Shown: positions 12,556-25,200 of the stretch, one piece after another
Layout of the letters: each line of letters opens with the position of its first letter
How positions within the stretch are numbered: the stretch's first letter is position 1
Assembly (NCBI GenBank): GCA_036785375.1
Contig: JAWMAR010000138.1
Span: 2,480,001 to 2,544,000 of the forward strand
DNA from: Leucoraja ocellata
Lineage: Eukaryota
Direction of reading: 5' to 3'
DNA: 64,000 bases
The notes under the pieces: generated by a model
Seen by the model: only the letters and a program-made list of their open reading frames with translations
What the model was told of the DNA's origin: nothing
The model's database searches: none
Program-made: the position numbers and the translations under genes

Positions 12556-14679
12556 GCTGCTATTTGTTGTTTAGCAGGCAGCTCCCAGTGGCATTTAAAC
12601 ACAGTCGATAAAGCTGGGGTGGTCCTCATCTAGTTGACAGAACCTGATAGCACAAAACAAGGAGAGCAGCTGGAGGAAATCAATGGCTTTTCTTGAACTT
12701 GACAAGACCCGTTATTTTCCATCGATCACCCACAGTGACCTGGTGCACAGACCATGATCTCTTACTCAACTCATCAAAAACAAAAGAACTCATCATCGAC
12801 CCATGACGCCAGCCATCCCCCAAAACTCCTGTGCTCATTAAAGGTGAATCCATCTCCATCACTGACACATTCAAACTCCTTGGAACCCACATCAGCAACA
12901 ACCTCAAATGGAGGACAAACGCAGACCACATCTATGGAAAAGCCCAGCAAAGACTTTTCCATCTCCGACAGCTCAGGAAGTTCAGAGCAAGGTCTCATCT
13001 CATGCTCCGCTTCTATACAGCCACCATCGAAAGCATCCTCACTTCATCCATCACAGTCTGGTTCGGCAGTCTCGACTCACTCTCCCAGAAGAAATTACAG
13101 GGCATCATCAACAGGGCATCTAAAATTATTGGCTTACCCCTACCATCCCTTGAATCACTTTACCACAAACGGACATTACACAGAGCCCGCAAGATCATCT
13201 CTGATCCTACTCACCCTGCACACTATGCCTTTCAGCTACTGCCCTCTGGGAGGCGCTACAGGACAATTGCCGCCAAAACAAACCGCTTCAAAAACAGTTT
13301 CATTCCCACTGCAATTAACATTTTAAACTCTGTACGGTGAGGAATAAGAATAAGCATGGCCCTTATGTATTATGTAATGTGTCTGTCTGTATGTATATCT
13401 ATGTTATATGTTTAATGTTGATGAAATGTTGGAACCTGTACCGAGCTGTACTGATAACAAATTCCACCAGACTGGCTGTGTGGTCATTAAAATACAATAA
13501 TACAATACAATACAATTCACGCTTGTTCTATGTTACCCACTTTCTCATCTACCCCCTGCACACTAGGGAATATATGTCCAGAGACCAATTAATCTACAAT
13601 CCCGCACGTCTGTGGGGTGTTGGAGGGATCAGGAGCACGGGGCTAGTGTAGACGGGACATGTTGGTCGGTGTGGGCAAGTTGGGCCGAAGACCTGTTTAC
13701 ACACTGTTTACGACGATGACTCTCTAAATTAAATCTCCTTATCTGCCACGGCAAATTTAGTGGGAGGTTGCTCATTCCAGGGACATTGTGCATCATTTAG
13801 ATTAGATTAGATTAGATATAATTTATTGCCACACAACCAGGGTCGGTGGAAATTTGGGTAGAAATCTGGAAAACAATAGTAGAAACAAGGAACTGTAGAT
13901 GCTGGTTTACATAAACAGAACACAAAGTGCTGGAGTAAAACGGCATCTTGGACGGACATGGATAGGGGACGTTTCGGGTTGGGACACTTCTTAGAATCAT
14001 ACAGCATACAAAATAAAATGCCTCCATTGTGGAGGAGTTACGGGAAGACTGGGATATTAGTCATAGGGTCGTAATGTGATACAGCACAGAAGCAAGCCCC
14101 TTTTGCCCAAGTTGTCCATGCCGACCAAGATTATCTCAGTTAATCTCATTTGACCACGTTTGACCCATATCCCTCTAAACCTTTCATACCTGTCCAAGTG
14201 TTTTGTCACCACAATTCAGCAGCAGAAGAGTTGTTTGCATTGGTCTCACACTACACCTAGTGTTTATCTGTACAGGAGCGGTTGGACCTCTGTCAATGTG
14301 GAGAAGTAGCGCCCCTTACTGGAACTAAAAGCAAGTGTCAACATAAATTCACCAGTGCAGTTAATTCATGTCTTTCTTCAGATTCAGATTCAGATTCAAT
14401 TTTAATTGTCATTGTCAGTGTACAGTACAGAGACAACGAAATGCATATAGCATCTCCCTGGAAGAGCGACATAGCAAATGATTTGAATAAATAATAATAA
14501 GTGTCCGGGGGGGGGGCTGCTGTTTGGTGTTTAGCAGGCAGCTCCCAGTAGCATTTAAACACAGTCAATAAAGCTGGGGCGGTCCTCATCTAGTTGACAG
14601 AACCTGATAGCACAAAACAAGGAGAGCAGCTGGAGGAAGTCAATGGCTTTTCTTGAACTTGACAAGACCCGTTATTTTC
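12556..14679 (+). repeat. Local direct duplication of an about 165-bp non-TE-looking block (12556-12719 and 14516-14679)
   Basis: Near-identical ggctgct.tttg.tgtttagcaggcagctcccagt...gacaagacccgttattttc in both places. Confidence 0.85.
12725..13515 (+). mobile_element. Second Rex1/Babar subfamily 3' fragment
   Basis: ORF 12831-13340 (KAQQRLFHLRQLRKF...HPAH..FQLLPSGRRYR...RFKNSFIP); (TACAA)n tail. Confidence 0.82.
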
Positions 14680-14696
14680 TTTCCACAAGATATGTG

Positions 14697-15070
14697 GAAA
14701 CATAGAAACATAGAAACATAGAAATTAGGTGCAGGAGTAGACCATTCGGCCCTTCGAGCCTGCACCGCCATTCAATATGATCATGGCTGATCATCTAACT
14801 CAGTACCCCGTACCTGCCTTCTCTCCATACCCTCTGATCCCCTTAGCCACAAGGGCCACATCTAACTCCCTCTTAAATATAGCCAATGAACTGGCCTCGA
14901 CTACCCTCTGTGGCAGAGAGTTCCAGAGATTCACCACTCTCTGTGTGAAAAAAGTTCTTCTCATCTCGGTTTTAAAGGATTTCCCCCTTATCCTTAAGCT
15001 GTGACCCCTTGTCCTGGACTTCCCCAACGTCGGGAGCAATCTTCCTGCATCTAGCCTGTCCAACCCCTTA
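14697..15070 (-). mobile_element. Young CR1/HER1 3' fragment
   Basis: ORF 14800-15075 (-); (CATAGAAA)n tail. Confidence 0.9.
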
Positions 15071-15149
15071 AACAATCACAAAGTAACCCTATCACATTTG
15101 TAGGCAAGAATGCATTCATTCTTTTATTTCCGTTTAATTTAGTGTTAGA

Positions 15150-15640
15150 ACGGTTCACCAGACTGATTCCTGGGATGTCAGGACTGTCTTATGAAGAAAG
15201 ACTGGATAGACTTGGTTTATACTCTCTAGAATTTAGAAGATTGAGAGGGGATCTTATAGAAACTTACAAAATTCTTAAGGGGTTGGACAGGCTAGATGCA
15301 GGAAGATTGTTCCCGATGTTAGGGAAGTCCAGGACAAGAGGTCACAGCTTAAGGATAAAGGGGAAATCCTTTAAAACCGAGATGAGAAGAACTTTTTTCA
15401 CACAGAGAGTGGTGAATCTCTGGAATTCTCTGCCACAGAGGGTAGTTGAGCCCAGTTCATTGGCTATATTTAAGAGGGAGTTAGATGTGGCCCTTGTGGC
15501 TAAGGGGATCAGGGGGTATGGAGAGAAGTCAGGTACGGGATACTGAGTTGGATGATCAGCCATGATCATATTGAATGGCGGTGCAGGCTCGAAGGGCCGA
15601 ATGGCCTACTCCTGCACCTAATTTCTATGTTTCTATGTTT
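15150..15640 (+). mobile_element. Young CR1/HER1 3' fragment
   Basis: ORF 15142-15546; (TTTCTATG)n tail. Confidence 0.9.
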
Positions 15641-16455
15641 CAGTTGAGTTTGGAGATACAGCATGGAAATAGTCCCTTCGGCCCACCGAGTCCATGCCGA
15701 CCCATTCACACTTGTTCTATGTTACCCACTTTCTCATCTACTCCCTGCACAGTAGGGAAAATATTTACAGAGACCAATTAATCTACAATCCCGCACGTCT
15801 GTGGGGTGTGGGAGGAAACAGGAGCACCCAGGGGAAACCCACATTGTCCTAGGGAGAACGGGCAAACTCCACGCAGACAGCACCTGAGTGGGATTCTTTG
15901 CTGGAAGACATGGAAGACACATCTGAGGAAGGAAGGTTCTGCCCCAAACAGTTCCTTTCTACCAATGAAGATCTAATTCAAGTGGACTACAATGAACAAC
16001 AATCGATCATTTTGCTCATTCACACCAGTCCCTCCATTCTCTCCCTGCTGTCACTAATCATCATATCATTCTCTGGGACCCAAAGGAAAACATTAAAATC
16101 AACACACAATAAAATATCTACTTTGTTTTGTAAATGAAACCATACTGCGGCCAAACTTACTTTGACTGAATGAAAGATTCGCCTTTTGTAACAGGAACCT
16201 TCGACCCACCGGGTCCACACTGACTATTGATCACCCATTCACACTAGTCCATGCTATCCCTCTTTCGCATTCACTTCCGACACGCTTGGGGCACTTTACA
16301 GAGGCTGCTTACCCTACAAACCCACCCGTCTTTGGGTTGTGGGAGGAAACCTGAGCATCCAGAGGAAACCCACACAGTTACAGGGAGAACTTGCAAACTC
16401 CACACAAGTCAGCACCTGAGGTCAGAATTAAATTCAAGTCTCTGGTGCTGTGAGG

Positions 16456-17005
16456 CATAGAAACATAGAAACATAGAAATTAGGTGCAGGAGTAGGCCAT
16501 TCGGCCCTTCGAGCCTGCACCGCCATTCAATATAATCATGGCTGATCATCCAACTCAGTATCCCGTACCTGCCTTCTCTCCATACCCCCTGATCCCTTTA
16601 GCCACAAGGGCCACATCTAACTCCCTCTTAAATATAGCCAATGAACTGGCCTCGACTACCCTCTGCGGCAGAGAGTTCCAGAGATTCACCACTCTCTGTG
16701 TGAAAAAAGTTCTTCTCATCTCGGTTTTAAAGGATTTCCCCCTTATCCTTAAACTGTGACCCCTTGTCCTGAACTTCCCCAACATCGGGAGCAATCTTCC
16801 TGCATCTAGCCTGTCCAACCCCTTAAGAATTTTGTAAGTTTCTATAAGATCCCCTCTCAATCTCCTAAATTCTAGCGAGTATAAACCAAGTCTATCCAGT
16901 CTTTCTTCATAAGACAGTCCTGACATCCCAGGAATCAGTCTGGTGAACCTTCTCTGCACTCCCTCTATGGCAATAATGTCCTTCCTCAGATTTGGAGACC
17001 AATAT
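16456..17005 (-). mobile_element. Young CR1/HER1 3' fragment nested in a V-SINE
   Basis: ORF 16555-17055 (-). Confidence 0.9.
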
Positions 17006-18722
17006 TGGCAATATTGGAGGCAATATGGAGGCAATATTACTGCAGACTGCACCACTGTGCGTTTACTTTCAAATTTGTAATTGAAACCTCAGCAGAGTGA
17101 CTTTCGAACAGTATTTGATGAGGCAACTGCCCTATAAGATGCACCACTCTGCTGTTTTATTAATCGTTCATCATCATTCTTGCTAATCAAATGTTCCTCT
17201 ACAGTGCTACTCCAGTGGCTGCAGTAAGTGAGTCGAAAGCCCGTGGTTTTCTGTGTGGGACGATCCTGAACTTCACGGAACCTTCAAGCCCAAGGTACAG
17301 ACTGCATCAGCCCAGCCAATGAGTAGGAATTTCTTTAACGAAAAGGTGGTGAATCTGAGGAATTCATTGCCACAGACGCTGTGTATTTTTAAACGGAGAT
17401 TGAGAGTAAGGATGTCAAAGGTGACGGGGAGAAGGCAAGAAAATGGGGTTGAGTGGAAAAATATAAATCAGCCATGATCGAATGGTGGAACAGACTCGAT
17501 GGGCTGAATGGTCTCATGATCGTAGGATTATGATCTTATGAGGTGGCTGACTGACTGATGGGCTATAACAAGGATGCAGGACTGATAGGTATGAGAAGGC
17601 ACACCAAGAAAGACCATTGGACGTGCCTCAATGCCTCAACAATCCTTGGTGGTTAGAAGTTGCCATTCCTTTTGCCCACAGCAGTCCCCTCACTTTAGGT
17701 CTTGGTGCTAGCATGCACAGTAGTGCAAGAGGCAGGGAGAGCCGCAGAGGTCAGGATCATAAACATGCTTAACGTGAATGGGTGTGGAATAATTCGGCAT
17801 CAAAATCCATTAAGCTGGGAAGAGTGCAGAGAAGATTTACTAGGATCTTATCAGGACTCCAGGGCCTGAGCTATAGGGGGAGATTGGGCAAGCTACGACT
17901 TTATTTATTGGACTGCAGGAGTCTGCGGGATGATCTGATAACTATGTGTATAAAATCAGGAGGGGAATAGAAGGGCGAATGCGCAGAGACTTTCACCTGA
18001 CCCAACCTATAGGTTTAAGGTGAGGGGGGGAAGATTTAATAGAAACCTGAGGGGAAATATTTTCACACAGAGGGTGAAATAAATCAATCAAATGACTATT
18101 ACTGTTGCTGAGGCAGCTGCACATCATGAGCAGTGGACAGAAATCAGTTGCCATCTGACCTTGCAAACTAACGCAGTATCACAGATCATCAACAGATGGC
18201 GGTAGATACTCTGAAGTAGATATTCAGAGGACGTTACTTCACTAGGTGTAACTATTGTTTTTACCATTGTTGAGAAAAAAGACCAAGTTCTGGAAGAACT
18301 CAGCAGGTCAGGCATCATCTTTGGAGGGGTTGGACAGGCAACGTTTCAAGTTGGAGCCTCTCTTCAAACCTAAAGCATCCTCCGTCCATTTCCTCCAAAG
18401 ATGCTCCTGGTCAGAGGAACCAAAATGTTACCGATTCCTTTTCTCCGCAGATATTGCCTGACCCAGCTGAGTTTTAGTTTAGATTAGTTTAGAGATATAG
18501 CATCAAAACAGGCCCTTTGTCCAACTGAATCTGCGCCAACAATCACTGGTACTATCCTACACACTGGGGACATTTTGCAATTTTTACTGAAGCCAATTAA
18601 CCTCCAAACTTGCACGAGTTTGGAGTGAGGGAAGAAACCGGAACACCTGGGGAGTTCTTCCAGCACTTTAGCTTTTGTTCAGGATTCCAGCATCTGCAGT
18701 TCCTTATATTTCCAATTGTTTG

Positions 18723-18962
18723 TGTAGATGACTAGTGCATGTGCCTTTAACATAGTGATCTCACCACTGCTAACCACTCCCCTTACTAGATGTATAACAA
18801 CCTCCCCACCCATAGTTCTCTCTCTCTAGCTCCGGTGACAGACCACGTACAGCTAGAACAGCAATGCTTGTGTACTATCAATAAACAATTAGTAAAGACA
18901 CGATGTGTTGGTGAGACTTCTTTACATGGTGTCAGAAGTGGGATTCGAACCCACGCCTCCAG
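18723..18962 (+). mobile_element. Short LTR (about 204 bp, TGTAGA...TTTACA) followed by a tRNA-Leu primer-binding sequence
   Basis: AATAAA at about 18880. Immediately after the terminal ...ACA comes TGGTGTCAGAAGTGGGATTCGAACCCACGCCTCCAG (18927-18962), the complement of the CCA-bearing 3' end of vertebrate tRNA-Leu(CAG/CAA). Confidence 0.72.
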
Positions 18963-19379
18963 TGCTACTTAATTTAGTTTGTAATTGTCACATGTACCGA
19001 GGTACAGTGAAAGGCATTTCTGTTGGGTGCTAGTCAGTCAGCTAAAAGACTACACATGATTACAACAGTGTACTTGATCATGAGATGTGTTTGGCTCCAA
19101 AGTCAGCATTCATTGTATATTTCTAATTGTCTATTGACTGTGCAGAAAACTAAGAGTCATGGAAAATAAACTATTTTAATACTTGATGCAGAATTTGAAG
19201 ACTCAAGCTATTTCCATCAAACATTGGATGTGCCACTTATTGCATGAGTCCATAAATTTCATTTGACGACACAGAGTGCTGGAGTAACTCAGCGGGTCAG
19301 GCAGCATCTCAGGAGAACAAAGATAGGAGATGTTTCAGGTCAGGACCCCTCTTCTAACTCTAACAGGGGTCTGAACAAG

Positions 19380-20375
19380 GGCCCCTCTCATCCTTCTAAA
19401 CTCCAGAGTGTACAAGCCCAGCCACTCTATTCTCTCAGCATATGACAGTCCTGCCATCCCGGGAATTAGCCTTGTAAACCTACGCTGCACTCCCTCAATA
19501 GCAAGAATGTCCTTCCTCAAATTAGAGGACCAAAACTGCACACAATACTCCGGGTGTGGTCTCACTAGGGCCCTATACAACTGCAGAAGGATCTATTTAC
19601 TCCTATACTCAACTCCTCTTGTTATAAAGGCCAACATGCCATTCGCTTTCTTCACTGCCTGCTGTACCTGCATGCTTACTTTCATTGACTGATGAACAAG
19701 GACCCCCAAATCCCATTGCACTTCCCCTTTTCCCAACTTGACAGCATTTAGATAGCAATCTGCCTTCCTGTTTTTGCAACCAAAGTGGATAACCTCACAT
19801 TTATCCGCATTAAACTTCATTTGCCATGCATCGGCCCACTCCCCCAACCTGTCCAAGTCACCCTGCATTGTTATAGCATCCTCCTCACAGTTCACACTGC
19901 CACCCAGCTTTGTGTCATCTGCAAATTTGCTAATGTTAGTTTAAATCCCTTCATCTAAATCATTGATGTATATTGTAAATAGCTGTGGTCCTAGCACCGA
20001 GCCTTGCGGTACCCCACTAGTCACTGCCTGCCATTCTGAAAGGGACCCGTTAATCCCTACTCTTTCTTTCCTGTCTGCCAACCACTTCTCTATCCATGTC
20101 AGCACTCTACCCCCAATACCATGTGCCCTAATTTTGCCCACTAATCTCCAATGTGGGACATTATCAAATGCTTTCTGAAAGTCCAGGTACAATACATCCA
20201 CTGGCTCTCCCTTGTCCATTTTCCTAGTTACATTCTCAAAAAATTCCAGAAGATTAGTCAAGCATGATTTCCTCTTCGTAAATCCATGCTGACTCGGACC
20301 GATCCTGTTACTGCTATCCAAATGTTCGGCTATTTCATCTTTTATAATTGACTCCAGCATCTTCCCCACCACCAC
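19380..20375 (-). mobile_element. CR1 (HER1-like) LINE RT-domain fragment
   Basis: SQHGF....[50 protein letters not shown]. Confidence 0.92.
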
Positions 20376-22193
20376 TCTCTCCTTCAGTAATGCTACATAG
20401 AGGCAGTCATTCCTGTTCCTGCTCTGTCAAAGTATCATAGGGTCAGACAGCATGGAAACAGGCCATTCCATGCAACTCGTCCATGGCAACCAAGATTTAT
20501 AACTGAGCTAGTCCCATTAGTCTGCATTTGGTCATATCACCTCTAATCTTTCCTGTCCCTGTACCCCTTAACCTTTAAACATTGTCATTGCATCTGCCTC
20601 TACAGCTTCCTCTGGCAGCTTATTCCAAATACACACTCCGTCTGTGTATAAGGTCTATTTTGAAATCTTTCCCCATTCATCCTAAACTCATGGCCTCTAG
20701 TTCTAGATTCATTGGGAAACAGACTGTGGCCATTTAGTTTATCTGCACCTCTTTGTATTTTTTCCATCCTCTGCTCTGCCAGTCAAACACCTTTCCCATT
20801 CTCCTACCTTCTCCCCATAACCCCTGACACCCGTGCTAATCAAGAATCTATCAATCGCCACCTAAAAAATATCCATTGACTTGACCTCCACAGCCGACTG
20901 TGGGAATGAATTCTACAGATCCACCGCCCTTGTGACTAACAAAATTCCTCCTCATCTTCTTTCTAAAGGTACGTCATTGTATTCTGAGGCAAAAGCCTCT
21001 GGTCCTAGATTCTAAAGGTACTTTTCTAAAGGCACATATTTTTTACCTGAGGCTATGGCCTGTTGTTCTAGACTCTCCCACTAGTGGAAACATCTTCTCC
21101 ACGTGCACTCCTTTCACTATTCCACGTCCAGTCCTTTCATTATTCGTTAAGTTTCAATGAGGTCCCCCCCCCTCATCCCTCTAAACTCCAGCGAGTCCAG
21201 GCCTAGTGTTGTCTAACATTCATCATAACCTAATCATTTCTGGGATCATTCTCGTCAAGACCCTTCTTTAGACTTGCACCTTGTTTACCCTGTTTCCATT
21301 CCGCCTGATGAGAAATCTTCATTCACGCCCCCTCTCCTGGAGAGTAATGACTGTTCATCGTGGTTTACTTTCCTGTTTACGACTTGTGTTACATTTTCAG
21401 AGGGTTGCAGATTAAAGTGTTGTCTGCACTTTGTATTGCAGACTGACAGAAAGCATTTGACTAGAAGCATTAGTTCTGTTTCCATTCCTACAGATCTGCC
21501 CTGACCTGATCTGCTGAATATTTCTGGAATTTTCTGTGCGTGTTATTGCGACATTATCAAATGAAACTTGATCTGAAGATCACTTTTACTTCAGATCTCG
21601 AAGTGCGTGTGGGTGGGTGAAGTAGATGCGGCTGTGTTGTTTAGAAATTATGTCAACGGTTGCAATTTGGTTCTCATAATTAAAACTGACATATCAATAA
21701 CTTAGAGCAATGATCTCAGAAGTTTTTAGCTTTTTAGTTTTGAAGATAGAGCGTGGAAACAGGCGCTTTGGCTCACCGAGTCCACGGCGACCATTGATCA
21801 CCTGGGGTCATGGAAAGACCGATCACGTCGCAGCCCTGTTTCCACCAATCTTTCCACCAACACGCCCAAGAAACACAAGCAGCGCAAGACAGGCACCATT
21901 GTATCCAGATGCCGAGAAGTGTGTTCAGCTCTGGCTGAACAACTTCTAATCTTGTGTGGGGACACGATCAGAAGAAGATTGATAACCTGTACACTAATTC
22001 TTTCCTACACACAAAGGAACAATTTTACAGAAGCCAATTAACATACAAAACCTGCACGAATTTGGAATTCAGAAGGCGTTATAATCTGTAAATTAAGCAA
22101 GATTGTTGTTGTCTAACTGTCATTCAGTGCATAATCTTTTCTGGCCTGAGAGTACTGTGATCATTTTTTAAACCCTGTTACTGTGCTTTGTAA

Positions 22194-22495
22194 TGCCCCT
22201 GCCCAACTTAGGAAACCTGAATGGAAACCTCTGGAGACTTTGCGCCCCACCCAAGGTTTCCGTGCGGTTCCCGGAGGTTTTTGTCAGTCTCCATAATGGT
22301 CGAAAGTGGTTTCCGCTTCTTTTAGTTCCGGCGATTATTTAAAAAAATTAAAAACCGGCTGCGACTAAAAATAGGTTGCCGTTTTAAAAATCGGTAATTT
22401 TTTAGTCGAAGCCAGTTGCGATGCAAGTTGAAGTTGGTTGCTGGGGGTTGCAGGTAAGACCTTCCACTACTTGCAACCTCCGGCAACCACTTCCA
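22194..22495. mobile_element. Truncated Harbinger-type MITE (one end)
   Basis: taa|tgcccctgcccaacttagg resembles the same TIR family; the other end is replaced by a retro-element tail. Confidence 0.5.
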
Positions 22496-23839
22496 GCGGG
22501 CGGGCGGCGCTGACTTCAACATCGCGGAGTCCTGGGGCCCTTTGCCGAGGGCCACCAGCGTTGAATCTCCACCCAGCGTGACCTGTGGACTTTGGGAGCC
22601 GTGGACTTCGGTAGGAGGTGGCCAATTCGGATGTCCAAGCTGAGCGGGCCTGAACATCGGGCCGCCCATAGCTGCGGGGCGACAACAGAGGAGGATGACT
22701 GCATTTTGGAGCCTTCCCTCACAGTGGGAAACTTTGATCCCGCTGTGTGGGGTTGTCTGTGTTAAAGACTATCGTGTTCTGTGCTCTTTATTATTCGTAT
22801 GGCTGTATGGCGACCACATATTTCACTGTACCAATTGGTACATGTGCCAAATAAATGTATCTTGTAATCTTGTCAAAGTATTGTAGTCTTCTCCAAGTTC
22901 CAAACTCAAGGCCATCCTTTACAATACTTGTCCCCTCGTTGTTGCTGCTGATGTCTTGATGCTCCTTCCATTTTACATTCTCCCCTGATCTTCCAGAATG
23001 GCCTGGACTTACACTGATGGACCTCTGAACAACCCTTTATGAGATGTGGCTGCATATCTGATAAATGTTATGTATTTATATTGGAGCTTATGTCTTCAGT
23101 CTCAAATGTCTTCTATCCATTTGTGTATTTCATTTAAGAGACTTTTGAATAGACACATGGATACACAGGGAATGGAGGGATATGGATTATGTGCAGGCAG
23201 ATATAGAGGTTGGTGTTGGCCTGATGTTCAGCATGAGCATTGTTCCTGTGCTGTACTCTTCTATGTTCCATGTTCAGTGTTATTTGGACTGTGGTCAGCA
23301 ACTTTTGTTCTGATTTCCAGTGATGAAAAGTCAACTTCATTACCTTTAGACTTTACTTTCGACTTTGGAGATACATCCCTTCACGGAAACAGGCCCTTCA
23401 TTCCCCCGAGCAATCACCAGCGACCAACCCCGTACACTAGCACTCTACTACACACCAGGGACAATTTACAATTTTCCCAAAGCCAATTAACCTACAAACC
23501 TGTATGTCTTTGGACTGTGAGAGGGAACCAGAGCATTGGGAGAAAACCCACCCAGTCACTGGGAGAATGTACAAACTCTGTACAGACAGCACCCATAGTC
23601 AGAATCAAACCCGGGTCTGGTGAGGCAGCAGATCTACTGCTGTGCCACCATTTAGCGGGTATTGGCATCATGTTTGGCATAGATATTGTGGACTGAAGGG
23701 CCTGGTCCTGTGCTGTACTGTTTTATGTTCTATGTTCTGTGTTCTTTGGATTGTGATCAACAACCAGTGGTGAAACGTCAAGTATAGCACCATCTGTGTG
23801 CAGAATGCAGCAGAAACATTGAGGTTACAGATACAGATT

Positions 23840-24483
23840 TGATGAGTATAGGAGCAGGGAGGTTCTACTGCAGTTGTACAGGGTCTTGGTGAGACCACAC
23901 CTGGAGTATTGCGTACAGTTTTGGTCTCCAAATCTGAGGAAGGACATTATTGCCATAGAGGCAATTGCCATAGAGGGAGTGCAGAGAAGGTTCACCAGAC
24001 TGATTCCTGGGATGTCAGGACTGTCTTATGAAGAAAGACTGGATAGACTTGGTTTATACTCTCTAGAATTTAGGAGATTGAGAGGGGATCTTATAGAAAC
24101 TTACAAAATTCTTAACGGGTTGGACAGGCTAGATGCAGGAAGATTGTTCCCGATGTTGGGGAAGTCCAGGACAAGGGGTCACAGCTTAAGGATAAGGGGG
24201 AAATCCTTTAACACCGAGATGAGAAGAACTTTTTTCACACAGAGAGTGGTGAATCTCTGGAACTCTCTGCCACAGAGGGTAGTTGAGGCCAGTTCATTGG
24301 CTATATTTAAGAGGGAGTTAGATGTGGCCCTTGTGGCTAAGGGGATCAGAGGGTATGGAGAGAAGGCAGGTACGGGATACTGAGTTAGATGATCAGCCAT
24401 GATCATATTGAATGGCGGTGCAGGCTCGAAGGGCCGAATGGCCTACTCCTGCATCGAATTTCTATGTTCTATGTTCTATGTTA
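23840..24483 (+). mobile_element. Young CR1/HER1 3' fragment
   Basis: ORF 23874-24383, with a 15-bp internal duplication (IAIEAIAIE). Confidence 0.9.
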
Positions 24484-25200
24484 CAGGTTAAGAAATAATA
24501 ATAATAATAATGAATGATATATAGATATAGAAGATATATATGTGCCACCTGCCCACATCCTTGATGGGCTCCATTTTATTATGCTCAGTTCAGTTTATCT
24601 TTCTGAGCTCTAACCGGAACTATTCTTGTTGATAGAAGCAAATAAAATTTAAAGGTCACAATGTTGCTTCTCAATCTTTTCTGAAACATGCTTTGAAGGA
24701 AATCACCTGCGGATGTTCTACTAACCTTAAGTCTGCACGCAGTCTTCAGATGAAAAGATAACAATGGTAGAAATGTGTGAAAGGCTAGAAACAGCAGATG
24801 TTTAAAGAGTCCCGGGGAAGTGGAAACTTAACTCTGATCCGCAAAATAAAATGAGTACGTATGGAAGTCTTCATCTGAAGCAGTCTCTTTCATAATGTGG
24901 CACAGTGGCGCACTGCCTCACCCTACTAGGGACCATATCCAATCCTGACCTCGGGTGCTGTTTGTAAGGAGTTTGCATGTTTTTCCTGTGAACGCGTGAG
25001 TTCCTTCCGGTTGCTCCGATTTCCTCCCATATCCCGAAGTCGTGCGGGTTTGTAGGTTAATTGGCCTCCGTGAAATTTCCGCTAAAGTGTAGGGAGGAGG
25101 TGTGAAAGTGGGATAATGTAGAACGAGTGTGAACGGGTTATCGATGGTGACCATGGTGGGTCGAGGGGCCTGTTTCCATGCTGTGGCTCAAAATATAAAA

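Noticed and set aside
17205-17223. 19-nt micro-exon (acag|tgctactccagtggctgca|gtaagt)
   Set aside because: Splice-like signals only; it cannot be placed in a supported gene model.
18927-18962. tRNA-Leu gene
   Set aside because: Only the 3' 36 nt are present and they include the CCA; it abuts an LTR end, so it is a reverse-transcribed primer sequence, not a gene.
23046-23696. 216-aa ORF
   Set aside because: Chance read-through of a CR1 tail plus a reverse V-SINE.
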